Assembly (NCBI GenBank): GCA_039028615.1 | Contig: JBCCHT010000018.1 | Location: 1 to 64,000, forward strand | Length of the DNA: 64,000 nucleotides | Source: Myxococcota bacterium | GTDB lineage: Bacteria; Myxococcota_A; Polyangia; Nannocystales; Nannocystaceae | Direction: 5' to 3' | Part shown: positions 12,860-25,136 of the stretch, piece after piece | How positions within the stretch are numbered: position 1 is the first letter of the stretch | Layout of the letters: the number at the start of each line of letters is the position of its first letter | Translations under genes and position numbers: made by a program | The notes under the pieces: generated by a model | The model's input: only the letters and a program-made list of their open reading frames with translations | Databases searched by the model: none | What the model was told of the DNA's origin: nothing

Positions 12860-13228
12860 TCAAAGGCACAGGTGAGCCAGGACCAGGGCGCTGCCGATGA
12901 CCGCCTCGACGACCAGAGGGGGAAGGACGGCGCGGTCGAATCCGTCGGCCACGATGCCCACGAAGCGGCCGAGCATGACCGCGCCCATGATCATCGCCAC
13001 CGCGAGTAACCATAGGGTCTGACCGGTGAGCAAGCCGAGGGCGAGCATCGAGACGGATGCGAAGAACAGGCCCCCTGCGACGCCGCGAATGGTGCTGAGG
13101 CCGGCGGCGCCGCGTGGTGCGATGGCCATGGCGGTACCCATGCCGCGGGGCGCGAGCATCGAGCGTAGACCGAGGGCGAGCAGAGGCAGGCTGACGATGC
13201 CGACGGTGATTTGAAGTGCGAGTTCCAT
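12860..13228 (-). CDS. Small multi-TM membrane protein (DUF4345-like)
   Basis: About four hydrophobic segments with S-x-x-R-G-x-x-GG and GRxxGxxxDG motifs; co-oriented downstream of the SDR. Confidence 0.6.
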   Translation of the reverse strand: MELALQITVGIVSLPLLALGLRSMLAPRGMGTAMAIAPRGAAGLSTIRGVAGGLFFASVSMLALGLLTGQTLWLLAVAMIMGAVMLGRFVGIVADGFDRAVLPPLVVEAVIGSALVLAHLCL

Positions 13229-13258
13229 GACGAGTCTCCGTTGAGCGAATGCGTGGGG

Positions 13259-14125
13259 TCAGGCGGCGTGGGTGTCGACGGGGCGCATGCCCGGGCTGGG
13301 GGACAGCGCGATCGGGGCCGAGGGCAGCAGGTGCGGCGCGGTGTTGCGGCGCAGGACCGTGCCGAGCATCCAGGCCATGAAGCGGCGGGGCATCAGTCGC
13401 GCGCTCCAGCGATTCATCGCGCCCGCGACGTGGGCGGACTTGCGACGCTGCAGCGCGGTGAGGCCCTCGCGGACCAGGGTCTGCACGCTCATCGCGGGCA
13501 TGGGCAGCTTGCCCATCGCGACGTCGGTGCGCTCGTTGAGACCCTTGGTGTTGGTCGGGCCGGGCAGCAGCACGGTGACGTCGACGTCGATCTCCGCGAA
13601 CTCTCGGTGCAGCGACTCGCCGAGGTTGTAGACGAAGGCTTTGGCGCCCGAGTAGTTGGCTCCGAGGGCGACCGGCTGCAGTGCCGCGGTGGAGGACACG
13701 AGCAACAGGCCACCGCTTCGGCCGCGCGAGCGCAGCTGGCTGCCGAACGCGTGGGCGAGTTCCATGTGGCTGAGCGCGTTGAGGTGCAGGTCGGCGGCGA
13801 GGTCTTCGACCCGGTTTTGCAGGAAGCCGCCCATGCGAGCGGCGCCCGCGTTCGAGATGACCAGCCCGACGTCGAGATCGGCGACCGCTTCGAGGATGGA
13901 TTCGGCCGTGCCGGGGACGCTGAGGTCGGCGCCGACCACTCGGGTCTGGATGCCGTGCTCATGCTCGAGGGCGCGCGCGAGATCCGCGAGCTTCTCGGCG
14001 CGGCGCGAGACGAGCACGAGGTGGTAGCCGCGCCCGGCGAGTTCGCGGGCGAAGCCCTCGCCGATGCCTTGGGAAGCGCCAGTAACGATGGCCCAGGGGC
14101 CGTAGCGTTTGATGTTGTTGGCCAT
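13259..14125 (-). CDS. Short-chain dehydrogenase/reductase
   Basis: WAIVTGASQGIG, ISNAG, catalytic YSGAK. Start trimmed to ATG 14125. Confidence 0.92.
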   Translation of the reverse strand: MANNIKRYGPWAIVTGASQGIGEGFARELAGRGYHLVLVSRRAEKLADLARALEHEHGIQTRVVGADLSVPGTAESILEAVADLDVGLVISNAGAARMGGFLQNRVEDLAADLHLNALSHMELAHAFGSQLRSRGRSGGLLLVSSTAALQPVALGANYSGAKAFVYNLGESLHREFAEIDVDVTVLLPGPTNTKGLNERTDVAMGKLPMPAMSVQTLVREGLTALQRRKSAHVAGAMNRWSARLMPRRFMAWMLGTVLRRNTAPHLLPSAPIALSPSPGMRPVDTHAA

Positions 14126-14223
14126 GGTGTCGGTCTCCGTTGGTTGGGACATCCACACCATGTGGTAAATCTGTGGAAGGAAAAACCGCCAAGATTGCAC
14201 ATTGGTGGTCCGCGGATGAACCA

Positions 14224-15165
14224 ATGGCGCAGAGCGGTCGAACGGCGAACCCCGGGGGTCCCGAGATTCCGTGGTCGGACCTCGAGCTGGTGCTGTCCAT
14301 CGATCGCGAAGGCAGCCTGCGGGGTGCGGCCAAGGCCCTGCGGATCAGCCACCCCACCGTTTCGCGTCGTATCGCCGTGCTGCAGGAAAAGCTGGGGGTT
14401 CACCTGTTCGAGCGTGAGGGTCGGCAGCTTCGACTCACCGCGGCGGGGGAGGACCTGGCTCAGACCGCGGCGCGGATCGAAGCCGAGGTCGATGGGCTCG
14501 GGCGGAGGATCGCCGGGCAGGATCATCGGCTCGAAGGCAGGGTCACCGTAGCCGTGTCGCCGTCGATGCTCGCGGGGTTGATGCCCGCCCTGCCGGACTT
14601 TGCCGCTCGTCATCCGGGGATCGAGCTCGAGTTCGTCACCGGGTTGGCGATCGCGAGTCTCACCCGGCGCGAGGCCGACGTTGCCATCCGTTTCACGGAC
14701 ACACCGCTGGAGACCTTGGTCGGGCGGCGGCTCGGGCTCTTCGAGCAGGCGGTGTATGTCGATCGGTCACTGCGGGCGCGGATGCTCGACGAGGGAAGAG
14801 ACGATCCGCGGACCTGGCCGTGGGTGGATTGGGACGAGGCGCATCGGCATCACGACTCGGCGCGGTGGGTGAGCAAGACGATCGATGCGGGGCGGGTGGT
14901 CGTGCGGGGGGATAGCTCGCTGGCGCTGTATCAGTTGATCAAGGCGGGGGTGGGCGTGGGGTTCAGTCCCACGATGCTGGCCGGGCCGGACCCGCAGCTG
15001 ATGCGGGTGGAGGTGTCGCCGGAGCTCCCGGTCTTCAATCGGAGCATCTGGGTGTTGACGCATGCCGACTTGCGCAACACGGGTCGAGTACGAGCGACGG
15101 TGGACTGGCTCGGCGAGCTGCTGCATGTCGAAGGCGGAGGCGTGTGGCCGGGCTGCTCGCCGTAG
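14224..15165 (+). CDS. LysR-family transcriptional regulator
   Basis: HTH GSLRGAAKALRISHPTVSRRI..LGVHLFER, LTRREADVAIR; divergent from the SDR. Confidence 0.93.
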   Translation: MAQSGRTANPGGPEIPWSDLELVLSIDREGSLRGAAKALRISHPTVSRRIAVLQEKLGVHLFEREGRQLRLTAAGEDLAQTAARIEAEVDGLGRRIAGQDHRLEGRVTVAVSPSMLAGLMPALPDFAARHPGIELEFVTGLAIASLTRREADVAIRFTDTPLETLVGRRLGLFEQAVYVDRSLRARMLDEGRDDPRTWPWVDWDEAHRHHDSARWVSKTIDAGRVVVRGDSSLALYQLIKAGVGVGFSPTMLAGPDPQLMRVEVSPELPVFNRSIWVLTHADLRNTGRVRATVDWLGELLHVEGGGVWPGCSP

Positions 15166-15406
15166 AGAGGTTGGCAGGGTCGAGGTTCGCTTGGGGGCTG
15201 GCGACGATGGAGTGAGGTGAAGAGCCTGATGTCGAGTCGTCGCTTGGCGAGCTCGGAGCTGATGAGTCACGCGTATCGACAGCGGAAAGAATGCGGTCGG
15301 CGGTTTGCGACCACGGACGACACGATGCCCGCGGGTCGGCCACGGCCGCGGCCTCGAGCGGGGAGTTTCGAGACACACGCCGAAGCGAGTCGCAGTCGCG
15401 AATCGG

Positions 15407-16132
15407 TCAGCGGGGCGGACCGGCGGCGGCGAGTCGTGCCAGCAGGGCGTCGAGGAGGTCGTCGGCGCGAGTGGGCTCGGGACCGTGCGGCAGCGTCCCG
15501 AGGTGCGGGATGCCGGAGGCGGTGGCGATGACCGTGGCGTTGTCGCTGACCGAGGGATCGGGTGACGCCTCGGTGTGGTTGAGCATGAAGCCGAGCGGCG
15601 GACGACCGAGCTCACGCAAGCCGTGGATGGTGGCGAGCGTGTGGTTGATGGTGCCCAGTCCGGCACGACCGACCACGAGGGTGTAGGGCGTGAGCGCGGT
15701 GATCCACGACCGCAGCCAGGTGCCGCCGGGCATCGGCACGTGCAGACCGCCCGCGCCCTCGATCAGGGTCAGCGTGGAACCGGTGCGGCGCTCCCACTCC
15801 GCCAGCGCGGTGACGACCACGGGCGGGACGGCGGTGCGGTTGGGGAAGACGGGGTCGAGGAACGGCGCCGGATCGTCGGCCAGGCCGGGGGCGAGCGGCG
15901 GACCGTAGCGAAGCGGACAGGCGGCGTCGAGCTCGGAGTGGTCGAGGCCCGCCGCGGTGAGCAGCCGCTCGGTGTCCGAGGGCGAGTCGTCGCCGCTCTG
16001 GGCGGGCTTGAAGGGAACGATGCACAGGTCGGCGCGGTCGCGTGCGGTGTGCAAGAGCGCAGAGACGACGGCCGTCTTGCCGACGCCGGTGTCGGTACCG
16101 ACGACGAAGATCCGAGGCGGAGATTCGGGCAT
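15407..16132 (-). CDS. bioD: Dethiobiotin synthase
   Basis: GTDTGVGKT, FKPAQSG, IEGAGGLHVP, GLGTINHT. Confidence 0.95.
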   Translation of the reverse strand: MPESPPRIFVVGTDTGVGKTAVVSALLHTARDRADLCIVPFKPAQSGDDSPSDTERLLTAAGLDHSELDAACPLRYGPPLAPGLADDPAPFLDPVFPNRTAVPPVVVTALAEWERRTGSTLTLIEGAGGLHVPMPGGTWLRSWITALTPYTLVVGRAGLGTINHTLATIHGLRELGRPPLGFMLNHTEASPDPSVSDNATVIATASGIPHLGTLPHGPEPTRADDLLDALLARLAAAGPPR

Positions 16133-16147
16133 CGAAGTGGGTGCCGC

Positions 16148-17359
16148 TCAGGCGCCGCGGCGGGTGGGGTGAGCGTCGCGCGAGGCGGAGGCGGGCGCCT
16201 TGGACGGCACGAGTCCGCGTTCGATCCGCAGCGGAAGATCGCACGCTCGCAGGAGGTCGCGAAGGTCGGCCACGAGTGCATCGATCTGCTCGGGCTCGTG
16301 GTCGGCGGTGACGGTGAGTCGGAGTCGAGCGGTGCCGGGGGGCACGGTCGGGGGGCGGATCGCCTGCACGTGCCAGCCCCGCTCGAGCAGCTGGCTCGCG
16401 ACGAACACGGCTTGCTCGTTGTCACCGATGAGGATCGGCATGATGGGCGACGGCGGCTCGGCCTCGGACAGGCCCAAGGCCGACGCGAGGTGGGCGACGT
16501 TGCTCCACAGTCGTTGTCGACGACGATCGCCTTCAGGACCTCGGACCAACGCGACCGAAGCGGAGATGCGCTCGGCCAGCGCGGGGCTGGTGCCCGTGCT
16601 GAACACGAAGCTGCGCGCGCGATTGCGGAGCAGATCGCAGAGCGGCGCAGAGGCGGCCACGAATGCACCCGCGCAGCCGAAGGCCTTGCTCAAGGTGCCG
16701 ACGAGCACGGTGGGGGCGAGGCCGTGGTGTCCGAGCAAGCCGCGGCCGCCGTCGAACAAACCGATCGCATGCGCTTCGTCGACGAACATCGACGCGCCGC
16801 GTTCGAGGTGATGGGCCGCGGCGTCGGGGTCGAGGCGGTCGCCGTCCATCGAGAAGATCGACTCGGTCACCCACCAGTGCACGGCGTCGGTGCGCGCGGG
16901 TCGAGACGACGGCGCGTGGCCATGCGGAAGGATGGAGGGGCGCGCTCGAGCCAAGCGCATGCCGTCGATCAGGCTCGCGTGGTTGAGCGCATCGCTGTCG
17001 ACGAGGTCGTTGGCTTCGAGCAGCGTGGGCAACACGCCGACGTTGAGCTGGAAGCCGCTCGGAAAGAGGATGGCATCCTCGGCGCCGACCAGAGCAGCGA
17101 GCGACGCTTCGAGGTTGCGGTGGTCGGGGAGGTCACCGCAGATCAGGCGCGAAGCACTGGCGCCGGCCGGGCTCGACGTGCCGCGAAGCTCCGGGTGGTC
17201 GGCGAGGCCGAGGTAGTCGTTGCTGCAGAAGCCCACGACCGGCGTGCCGTTCAGCTCGTAGCGAACGCCCTGGCGACGGTCGATCCGCGGCGGGTGACGT
17301 CGCAGGCCCGCGGCCTCGAGGGAGGCGAGTCGCTGGCGGGCACGTTGCGTGGGATCCAT
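16148..17359 (-). CDS. bioF: 8-amino-7-oxononanoate synthase
   Basis: FCSNDYLGLA, SDALNHASLIDG, ESIFSMDGD, VDEAH, GTLSKAFG, AIRPPTVP; adjacent to bioD. Confidence 0.93.
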   Translation of the reverse strand: MDPTQRARQRLASLEAAGLRRHPPRIDRRQGVRYELNGTPVVGFCSNDYLGLADHPELRGTSSPAGASASRLICGDLPDHRNLEASLAALVGAEDAILFPSGFQLNVGVLPTLLEANDLVDSDALNHASLIDGMRLARARPSILPHGHAPSSRPARTDAVHWWVTESIFSMDGDRLDPDAAAHHLERGASMFVDEAHAIGLFDGGRGLLGHHGLAPTVLVGTLSKAFGCAGAFVAASAPLCDLLRNRARSFVFSTGTSPALAERISASVALVRGPEGDRRRQRLWSNVAHLASALGLSEAEPPSPIMPILIGDNEQAVFVASQLLERGWHVQAIRPPTVPPGTARLRLTVTADHEPEQIDALVADLRDLLRACDLPLRIERGLVPSKAPASASRDAHPTRRGA

Positions 17360-17403
17360 GGGCCGGGAGCATAGACCAAGCCTCGGCATGGCAAGATGCC
17401 CGA

Positions 17404-18051
17404 GTGACGCGAAGCGACCTGCGCGAGTGGTGTGAAAAGGTAGGGATCGACGTCGATCAGGACGGCTGGGACCGGGTTGAGCGTCTCGTTGGGCTCTGGC
17501 GGCAGTATGGGCGTGCGATCAATCTGGTTGGGGGCACGGACCCGGCAGTCCTTTATGAACACGTGCAGGAGGCGTTGCTCGGGGTCGGCGTGGTGGATCG
17601 AGTGCTGCCGGCCGGGGACGCCTGTCGATGGGTCGACGTGGGGAGCGGCGGGGGCTTGCCCGCGTTGGTCGTGGCCGCGGTTCGATCGTGGGAGATGGAG
17701 TTGATCGAGCCGAGGGAGCGCCGCGCGGCGTTTTTGGATCTCGGGCTGGCGTCCGTGGGGAAGGGGAGAGGGAGGGTAATTCGGGGTCGTTGGGCCGGTT
17801 CCACGTGGAATGAAGAGGTGTTCAGTGGGCTAGAGTCACGAGATGAAATGCCGTTCTTCGTTTTGTCCAGTCGGGCGGTGTTTTCGGCCGAAAAGTGGTT
17901 GGCGGAGGCCGTGGAGGCTCGGATCCCACGTGGAGTCGTGCTTTGCCACGTGGATTCGGGTGTTCACCACGTGGGGGGGCGTAAATCGGGGGTCGAGATG
18001 GAGTGTTCACGGTGGGGGGTGCTGGGATTTCGGGTCGGCGAGGAGTTGTAA
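17404..18051 (+). CDS. rsmG: 16S rRNA m7G527 methyltransferase RsmG/GidB
   Basis: AINLVG, WVDVGSGGGLPA, LIEPRERRAAFL, SRAV; sits next to the parS cluster. Confidence 0.85.
   Translation: MTRSDLREWCEKVGIDVDQDGWDRVERLVGLWRQYGRAINLVGGTDPAVLYEHVQEALLGVGVVDRVLPAGDACRWVDVGSGGGLPALVVAAVRSWEMELIEPRERRAAFLDLGLASVGKGRGRVIRGRWAGSTWNEEVFSGLESRDEMPFFVLSSRAVFSAEKWLAEAVEARIPRGVVLCHVDSGVHHVGGRKSGVEMECSRWGVLGFRVGEEL
17797..17812. other. Degenerate parS site inside rsmG
   Basis: GGTTCCACGTGGAATG versus consensus TGTTNCACGTGNAACA. Confidence 0.65.
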
Positions 18052-18075
18052 ATCGCGGAAAATGCGCGGTTTGGG

Positions 18076-18091
18076 CGTTTCACGTGGCACA
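18076..18091. other. Degenerate parS site
   Basis: CGTTTCACGTGGCACA. Confidence 0.6.
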
Positions 18092-18446
18092 GCGGTGGGG
18101 GGATGGTGACCACGTGGGGGTTCGAGATGGTCGCCGCGGCCACGTGGGAAGGTGGAGGTGGCTCCGGTCCCACGTTGGGCGGATGGGGGCCGCGGTCTCT
18201 TGGTCTATTTTGCGGAAAGGGCTGGGTTGGTGGGCTGGGAGGGCGCGCTGTTCCGTGGGTTCCTGCTCGATTTAGCCAGCCGGTTGCTAGGCTCGCGCTT
18301 TGGGTCTCGATGGTGTGCTCGTGGGGCGCTGTTCGACGGGGATGAGCGCCACGTTGGGTTGGGTGCCGGCTTCGGCTCTTCGCTTTTTTGGCTGTGAAAC
18401 GCGGAGAATCGCCTTGGGCGGGGGCGAGGGGCACTTCTTCTGGCCA

Positions 18447-18462
18447 TGTTTCACGTGAAACA
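18447..18462. other. parS centromere-like site (perfect palindrome)
   Basis: TGTTTCACGTGAAACA. Confidence 0.93.
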
Positions 18463-19091
18463 CTCTGCGTCCGTGGCTTGATGCGGCGACATCCAGGGTG
18501 CTCGAGCTGCTCGTCGAGGACATCGCGGGTGCGGGCCTTCGTCGGGCATCAACCGTTCTCCCTGGCGAGATGACTCTGTTTCGAGATGCCCTGAGACACT
18601 CTCAGATCAATTCAGATCGGCTTTCTGAGCCTCGGAAGGGCTGTGGTGCGGCGAGAGCATGAACGCTCTCAGAATTGGATCTGAGAGCGCCTCGCGCATT
18701 TGTATGCCTGCGTGGCCTTCTACGCCTATTTACGGCCGATTTGCGGCAAAGAGGCCGCGTTACCTCGGGTGCGCACTCCCGTTTAGGTTCCGGCCCCTTG
18801 CCGGGGTAACCACCGGCCAACCTGCTCGCGATCTGGACCTCCAGGCGTCGCCCGTTGGGTACGGGTCCGGCGTATTGGCGAGGCTACGGAATGGAGCGAG
18901 GTCCCGCGTGGCCGCGGATCGTAGCCTGGCGGCTGTCTTCGGTTGCCACGGACAGCCTGCTCGGGTTGTTGGACTCTAGCGGGCGTCGGTTCGCCCAGCG
19001 CCTTGCGGCGCTTCCTGCCGACTGCGGGGGCGTGCCCTTCGGTGCCGTCTTTGGCACGCGGGAAGCCGAGTGCGGGACTGGCTGGCCGATG

Positions 19092-19107
19092 TGTTTCACG
19101 TGAAACA
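19092..19107. other. parS site (perfect palindrome)
   Basis: TGTTTCACGTGAAACA. Confidence 0.93.
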
Positions 19108-19193
19108 TCGAGCCTCTGCCCCCCGTGCAGAGCACATCCTCGCTTGGGACTCGAGGGCCCTCCGGTCCTAGCCTGAGCCGCAGATTGCTGGAC

Positions 19194-19209
19194 CGTTTCA
19201 CGTGAAACA
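19194..19209. other. parS site
   Basis: CGTTTCACGTGAAACA (15/16). Confidence 0.9.
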
Positions 19210-19570
19210 CCAGCGCGGGAGTGTATCGGTTAGGGCTCCCGCGGTCCCTGTAGGTCCACCACCCTGCGCCCCCTCGTGGGCAAGGGTCAGAGGGCTGAGG
19301 CCTGACGAGGTCTCCATTTGGGCTTCATTCGACTCCTCGATTCCAAGTCGGAGCCGCAGCCCGGGGCGAGGTCTTTTGGCCGGCCGCTAGCCAACATTCG
19401 GCTCCGTAACTCCAGCCGAGGCGGGGACGGGCGCACAGCTTCTGGGTATTCGGCGTCGTCTTCGAGGGCCCGTTTCCTCGCGCTAGGACAACGAGGACTC
19501 ATGCCCGAGCAGCCCGTGGCCTCCTCCCCGGGTGCGCCTCACTCCGCTACCTTGGCTCCCCGCCGGTCAG

Positions 19571-19586
19571 TGTTTCACGTGAAACA
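19571..19586. other. parS site (perfect palindrome)
   Basis: TGTTTCACGTGAAACA. Confidence 0.93.
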
Positions 19587-19596
19587 CCGCCGGACT

Positions 19597-20739
19597 TCAC
19601 CCCTCGACACCCACCGAACCGCAGTCCTCGAGGTGCCCCTCGATCTCCTCGTCCTCCCCCTCGGAGAGCTCGGACGCCTTCTCCAACTCCACCCGCCCAG
19701 CGTCCTCGGAACCCCCGCGGCAAAGCACCCAGCCAAGCGTATCCAAGTACGACGGGTTCTCTGGCTCCTGCACCAGAGCCAGCCGCACCAGATCCTCGGC
19801 ATACCCCAGCTGCCGCCCCGCCTTCGCCAGGCTGTACGCGACATCATTCGCCAGCGAAGGCTCCTCGGGCCGTCGCTCGAGCGCCCGCCCAAAGGCCGTC
19901 GCCGCTTCCTGGTCCATCCCTCGATCCAGATACCCCTGGCCCAAGTACTCGTAGTACCCCTCGCGACCCGACGACTGCCGAGCCGCGAGCACCAACCCCG
20001 AGATCCCCAGCGCCAACCCCAGTCGTCCGCTCACCGCGATGACTGCCTCTCGACCCGACCACGCGAGCCCGAGGAAGAGTCCACCCGCGAGTCCGCCGAG
20101 GTGCCCGGCCTGCGCGATCATGTCGATGAAAAACCCGAGCGCCACCAGCACCCCGAGCCAGACGCCGAGCACACGTGCCGAGATCGGCCGCAGCCTTACC
20201 GCCACGTGACCCCTGCCGAGCAGTCGCCCGACGAAGAGCGCCCCCGCCATCCCCATGATCCCCGCCGATGCCCCCACGACCATCGGCGCTTCCACCCACG
20301 CGGCCGAGGCGAGACAGCCGCTCACGCTGGCGAGCAGGAACAACACCACGGTCCGGCGGTGACCCCACGTGATCTCGCACCACTCTCCGACCACCCATAG
20401 GCTCCAAGTGTTCAGTACGAGGTGGAGCACCGAACCATGGAGCAGTCCGGCGCTAACTACGCGCCACCAGGCACCGTCCAACCATAGGTTCGAGAGACGA
20501 AGCGCCCCTGCGTCTTCGAGCGTTGGGCGACACACGCTCAGGTCGAGCAGTGAGTCGGTGAGCATCTCGGCCGGTTGTTCCACCCGCCCGGCACAGACCC
20601 CCACGGTGGCCGCAAACGCGACGATGCAGATGCCCATCAGCACCACGGTGACCCAAGCGGCTTTGACTCGCGGTCCAAAGCCCTGCGGTGGTGCCCAGGC
20701 CGGCGTTGCGGGGCCTTGGCTTCTTTGCGGTGCGGACAT
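19597..20739 (-). CDS. Rhomboid intramembrane serine protease with C-terminal TPR
   Basis: WWRVVSAGLLHGSVLHLVLN, catalytic VGASAG and AGHLGG, TPR segment PENPSYLDTLGWVL. Confidence 0.9.
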   Translation of the reverse strand: MSAPQRSQGPATPAWAPPQGFGPRVKAAWVTVVLMGICIVAFAATVGVCAGRVEQPAEMLTDSLLDLSVCRPTLEDAGALRLSNLWLDGAWWRVVSAGLLHGSVLHLVLNTWSLWVVGEWCEITWGHRRTVVLFLLASVSGCLASAAWVEAPMVVGASAGIMGMAGALFVGRLLGRGHVAVRLRPISARVLGVWLGVLVALGFFIDMIAQAGHLGGLAGGLFLGLAWSGREAVIAVSGRLGLALGISGLVLAARQSSGREGYYEYLGQGYLDRGMDQEAATAFGRALERRPEEPSLANDVAYSLAKAGRQLGYAEDLVRLALVQEPENPSYLDTLGWVLCRGGSEDAGRVELEKASELSEGEDEEIEGHLEDCGSVGVEG

Positions 20740-21066
20740 TGTCCGGCCATCCTACCGCTGCCCTCGTCGATCGCCGCGAAACCGGTTCGCCCACTCCCGG
20801 TCGTGGTCTACCCGGGGCCTGTCCAGAACTCCCCTAGCCCTCGGCTAGGCTCACGGAGCTTTCCTTCCTCGCCCTTCCGCCCACGACTTGCGATGCGCAT
20901 CCCCCGGTTGTTATCGTCGGACAGTTTCTCCGTGGCACGCACACGCGAGGCAATCATCACTGATCGTGCAGGGCAGACGCCGTCCTTCGAGGCAGGAGCC
21001 CCTGGCCGACCGACCACCCTCTTCTACGAGCGTTTAGTTCGGTAGCGGCTTCCTGGGACGGCTGGT

Positions 21067-24078
<3,012 letters not shown>

Positions 24079-24083
24079 GCCCC

Positions 24084-25136
24084 GTGTCCGAGGCGTCCTC
24101 GGCCGGGCCTCGCGTCCTGGCGATCGAGAGTTCGTGCGACGAGACGGCCGCCGCCGTGGTCCACGGTCGCGTCGTTCGGTCGTCGGTGGTTCGAACGCAG
24201 ATCGAGGTCCACGGTCGCTTCGGCGGCGTCGTGCCGGAGCTGGCCAGCCGCCACCACCTGGGCGCGGTCGTTCCCGTGGTCGACGAGGCGCTTCAGCAAG
24301 CCAAGGTCACGCTCGCCGACCTCGACGCCATTGCAGTCACCGAGGGTCCCGGCTTGGTCGGTGCGTTGCTCGTCGGCGTTCAGATGGCGCGCGGCCTGGC
24401 GGCGGCGGCTGGGCTCCCGCTGGTCGGCGTGCATCACATGGAAGGCCACATCATGTCGGCGTTCCTCGGCGACGACACCCGACCGGCGCAGCCGCTGTGC
24501 CCCCACTTGGCGCTGTTGGTGTCGGGCGGACACACCGAGCTGGTCGACGTCGCCGGTCTCGGTCGCTACGAGATCTTGGGCGCGACCCGAGACGACGCGG
24601 CGGGCGAGGCCTACGACAAGGTCGCCAAGATGCTCGGCCTCGGCTACCCGGGCGGTCCGGTCATCGATCGGCTCGCCGCCGAGGGCGATCCCACCGCGAT
24701 CGCGTTCCCGCGGGCGATGGCGGAACACCCCTCCTTCGATTTTTCGTTCTCTGGACTCAAGACCGCGGTGCGGGTGCACGTCGACCAGCACGGTCAGCCG
24801 AAGTCCCGCCAAGAGCTGCTCGATCTATGCGCCTCCTTTCAGGCCGCGGTGGTCGATGTGCTCGTGCTCAAGGCTCGCCGCGCGCTGAAGAAGGCCGGCC
24901 GCGATCGACTGCACATCGTCGGTGGTGTCGCGGCCAACCGAGGCCTGCGAGCGGCCGCCGACGCGGCGGGCAAGGCCCACGGCTTCACCTTCGGCGCGGT
25001 GCCGCTGCGCTACTGCGGCGACAATGCGGCGATGATCGGCGCCGCGGCGACGGCCCGGCTCCAAGCGGGCGCCCGCGATCCCATCGACGTGCACACCAGC
25101 CTTCCCCTCGACGACCCCCGGATGCAGATCGCGTGA
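24084..25136 (+). CDS. tsaD: tRNA N6-adenosine threonylcarbamoyltransferase TsaD
   Basis: LAIESSCDETAAA, GGVVPELASRHH, HHMEGH, VSGGHT, DDAAGEAYDK, DNAAMI. Start GTG 24084. Confidence 0.97.
   Translation: MSEASSAGPRVLAIESSCDETAAAVVHGRVVRSSVVRTQIEVHGRFGGVVPELASRHHLGAVVPVVDEALQQAKVTLADLDAIAVTEGPGLVGALLVGVQMARGLAAAAGLPLVGVHHMEGHIMSAFLGDDTRPAQPLCPHLALLVSGGHTELVDVAGLGRYEILGATRDDAAGEAYDKVAKMLGLGYPGGPVIDRLAAEGDPTAIAFPRAMAEHPSFDFSFSGLKTAVRVHVDQHGQPKSRQELLDLCASFQAAVVDVLVLKARRALKKAGRDRLHIVGGVAANRGLRAAADAAGKAHGFTFGAVPLRYCGDNAAMIGAAATARLQAGARDPIDVHTSLPLDDPRMQIA

Noticed and set aside
18052..19596. Short ORFs in the parS tract, several containing MFHVKH or VSRET
   Set aside because: These peptides are translations of the parS palindrome; no coding-like codon bias.
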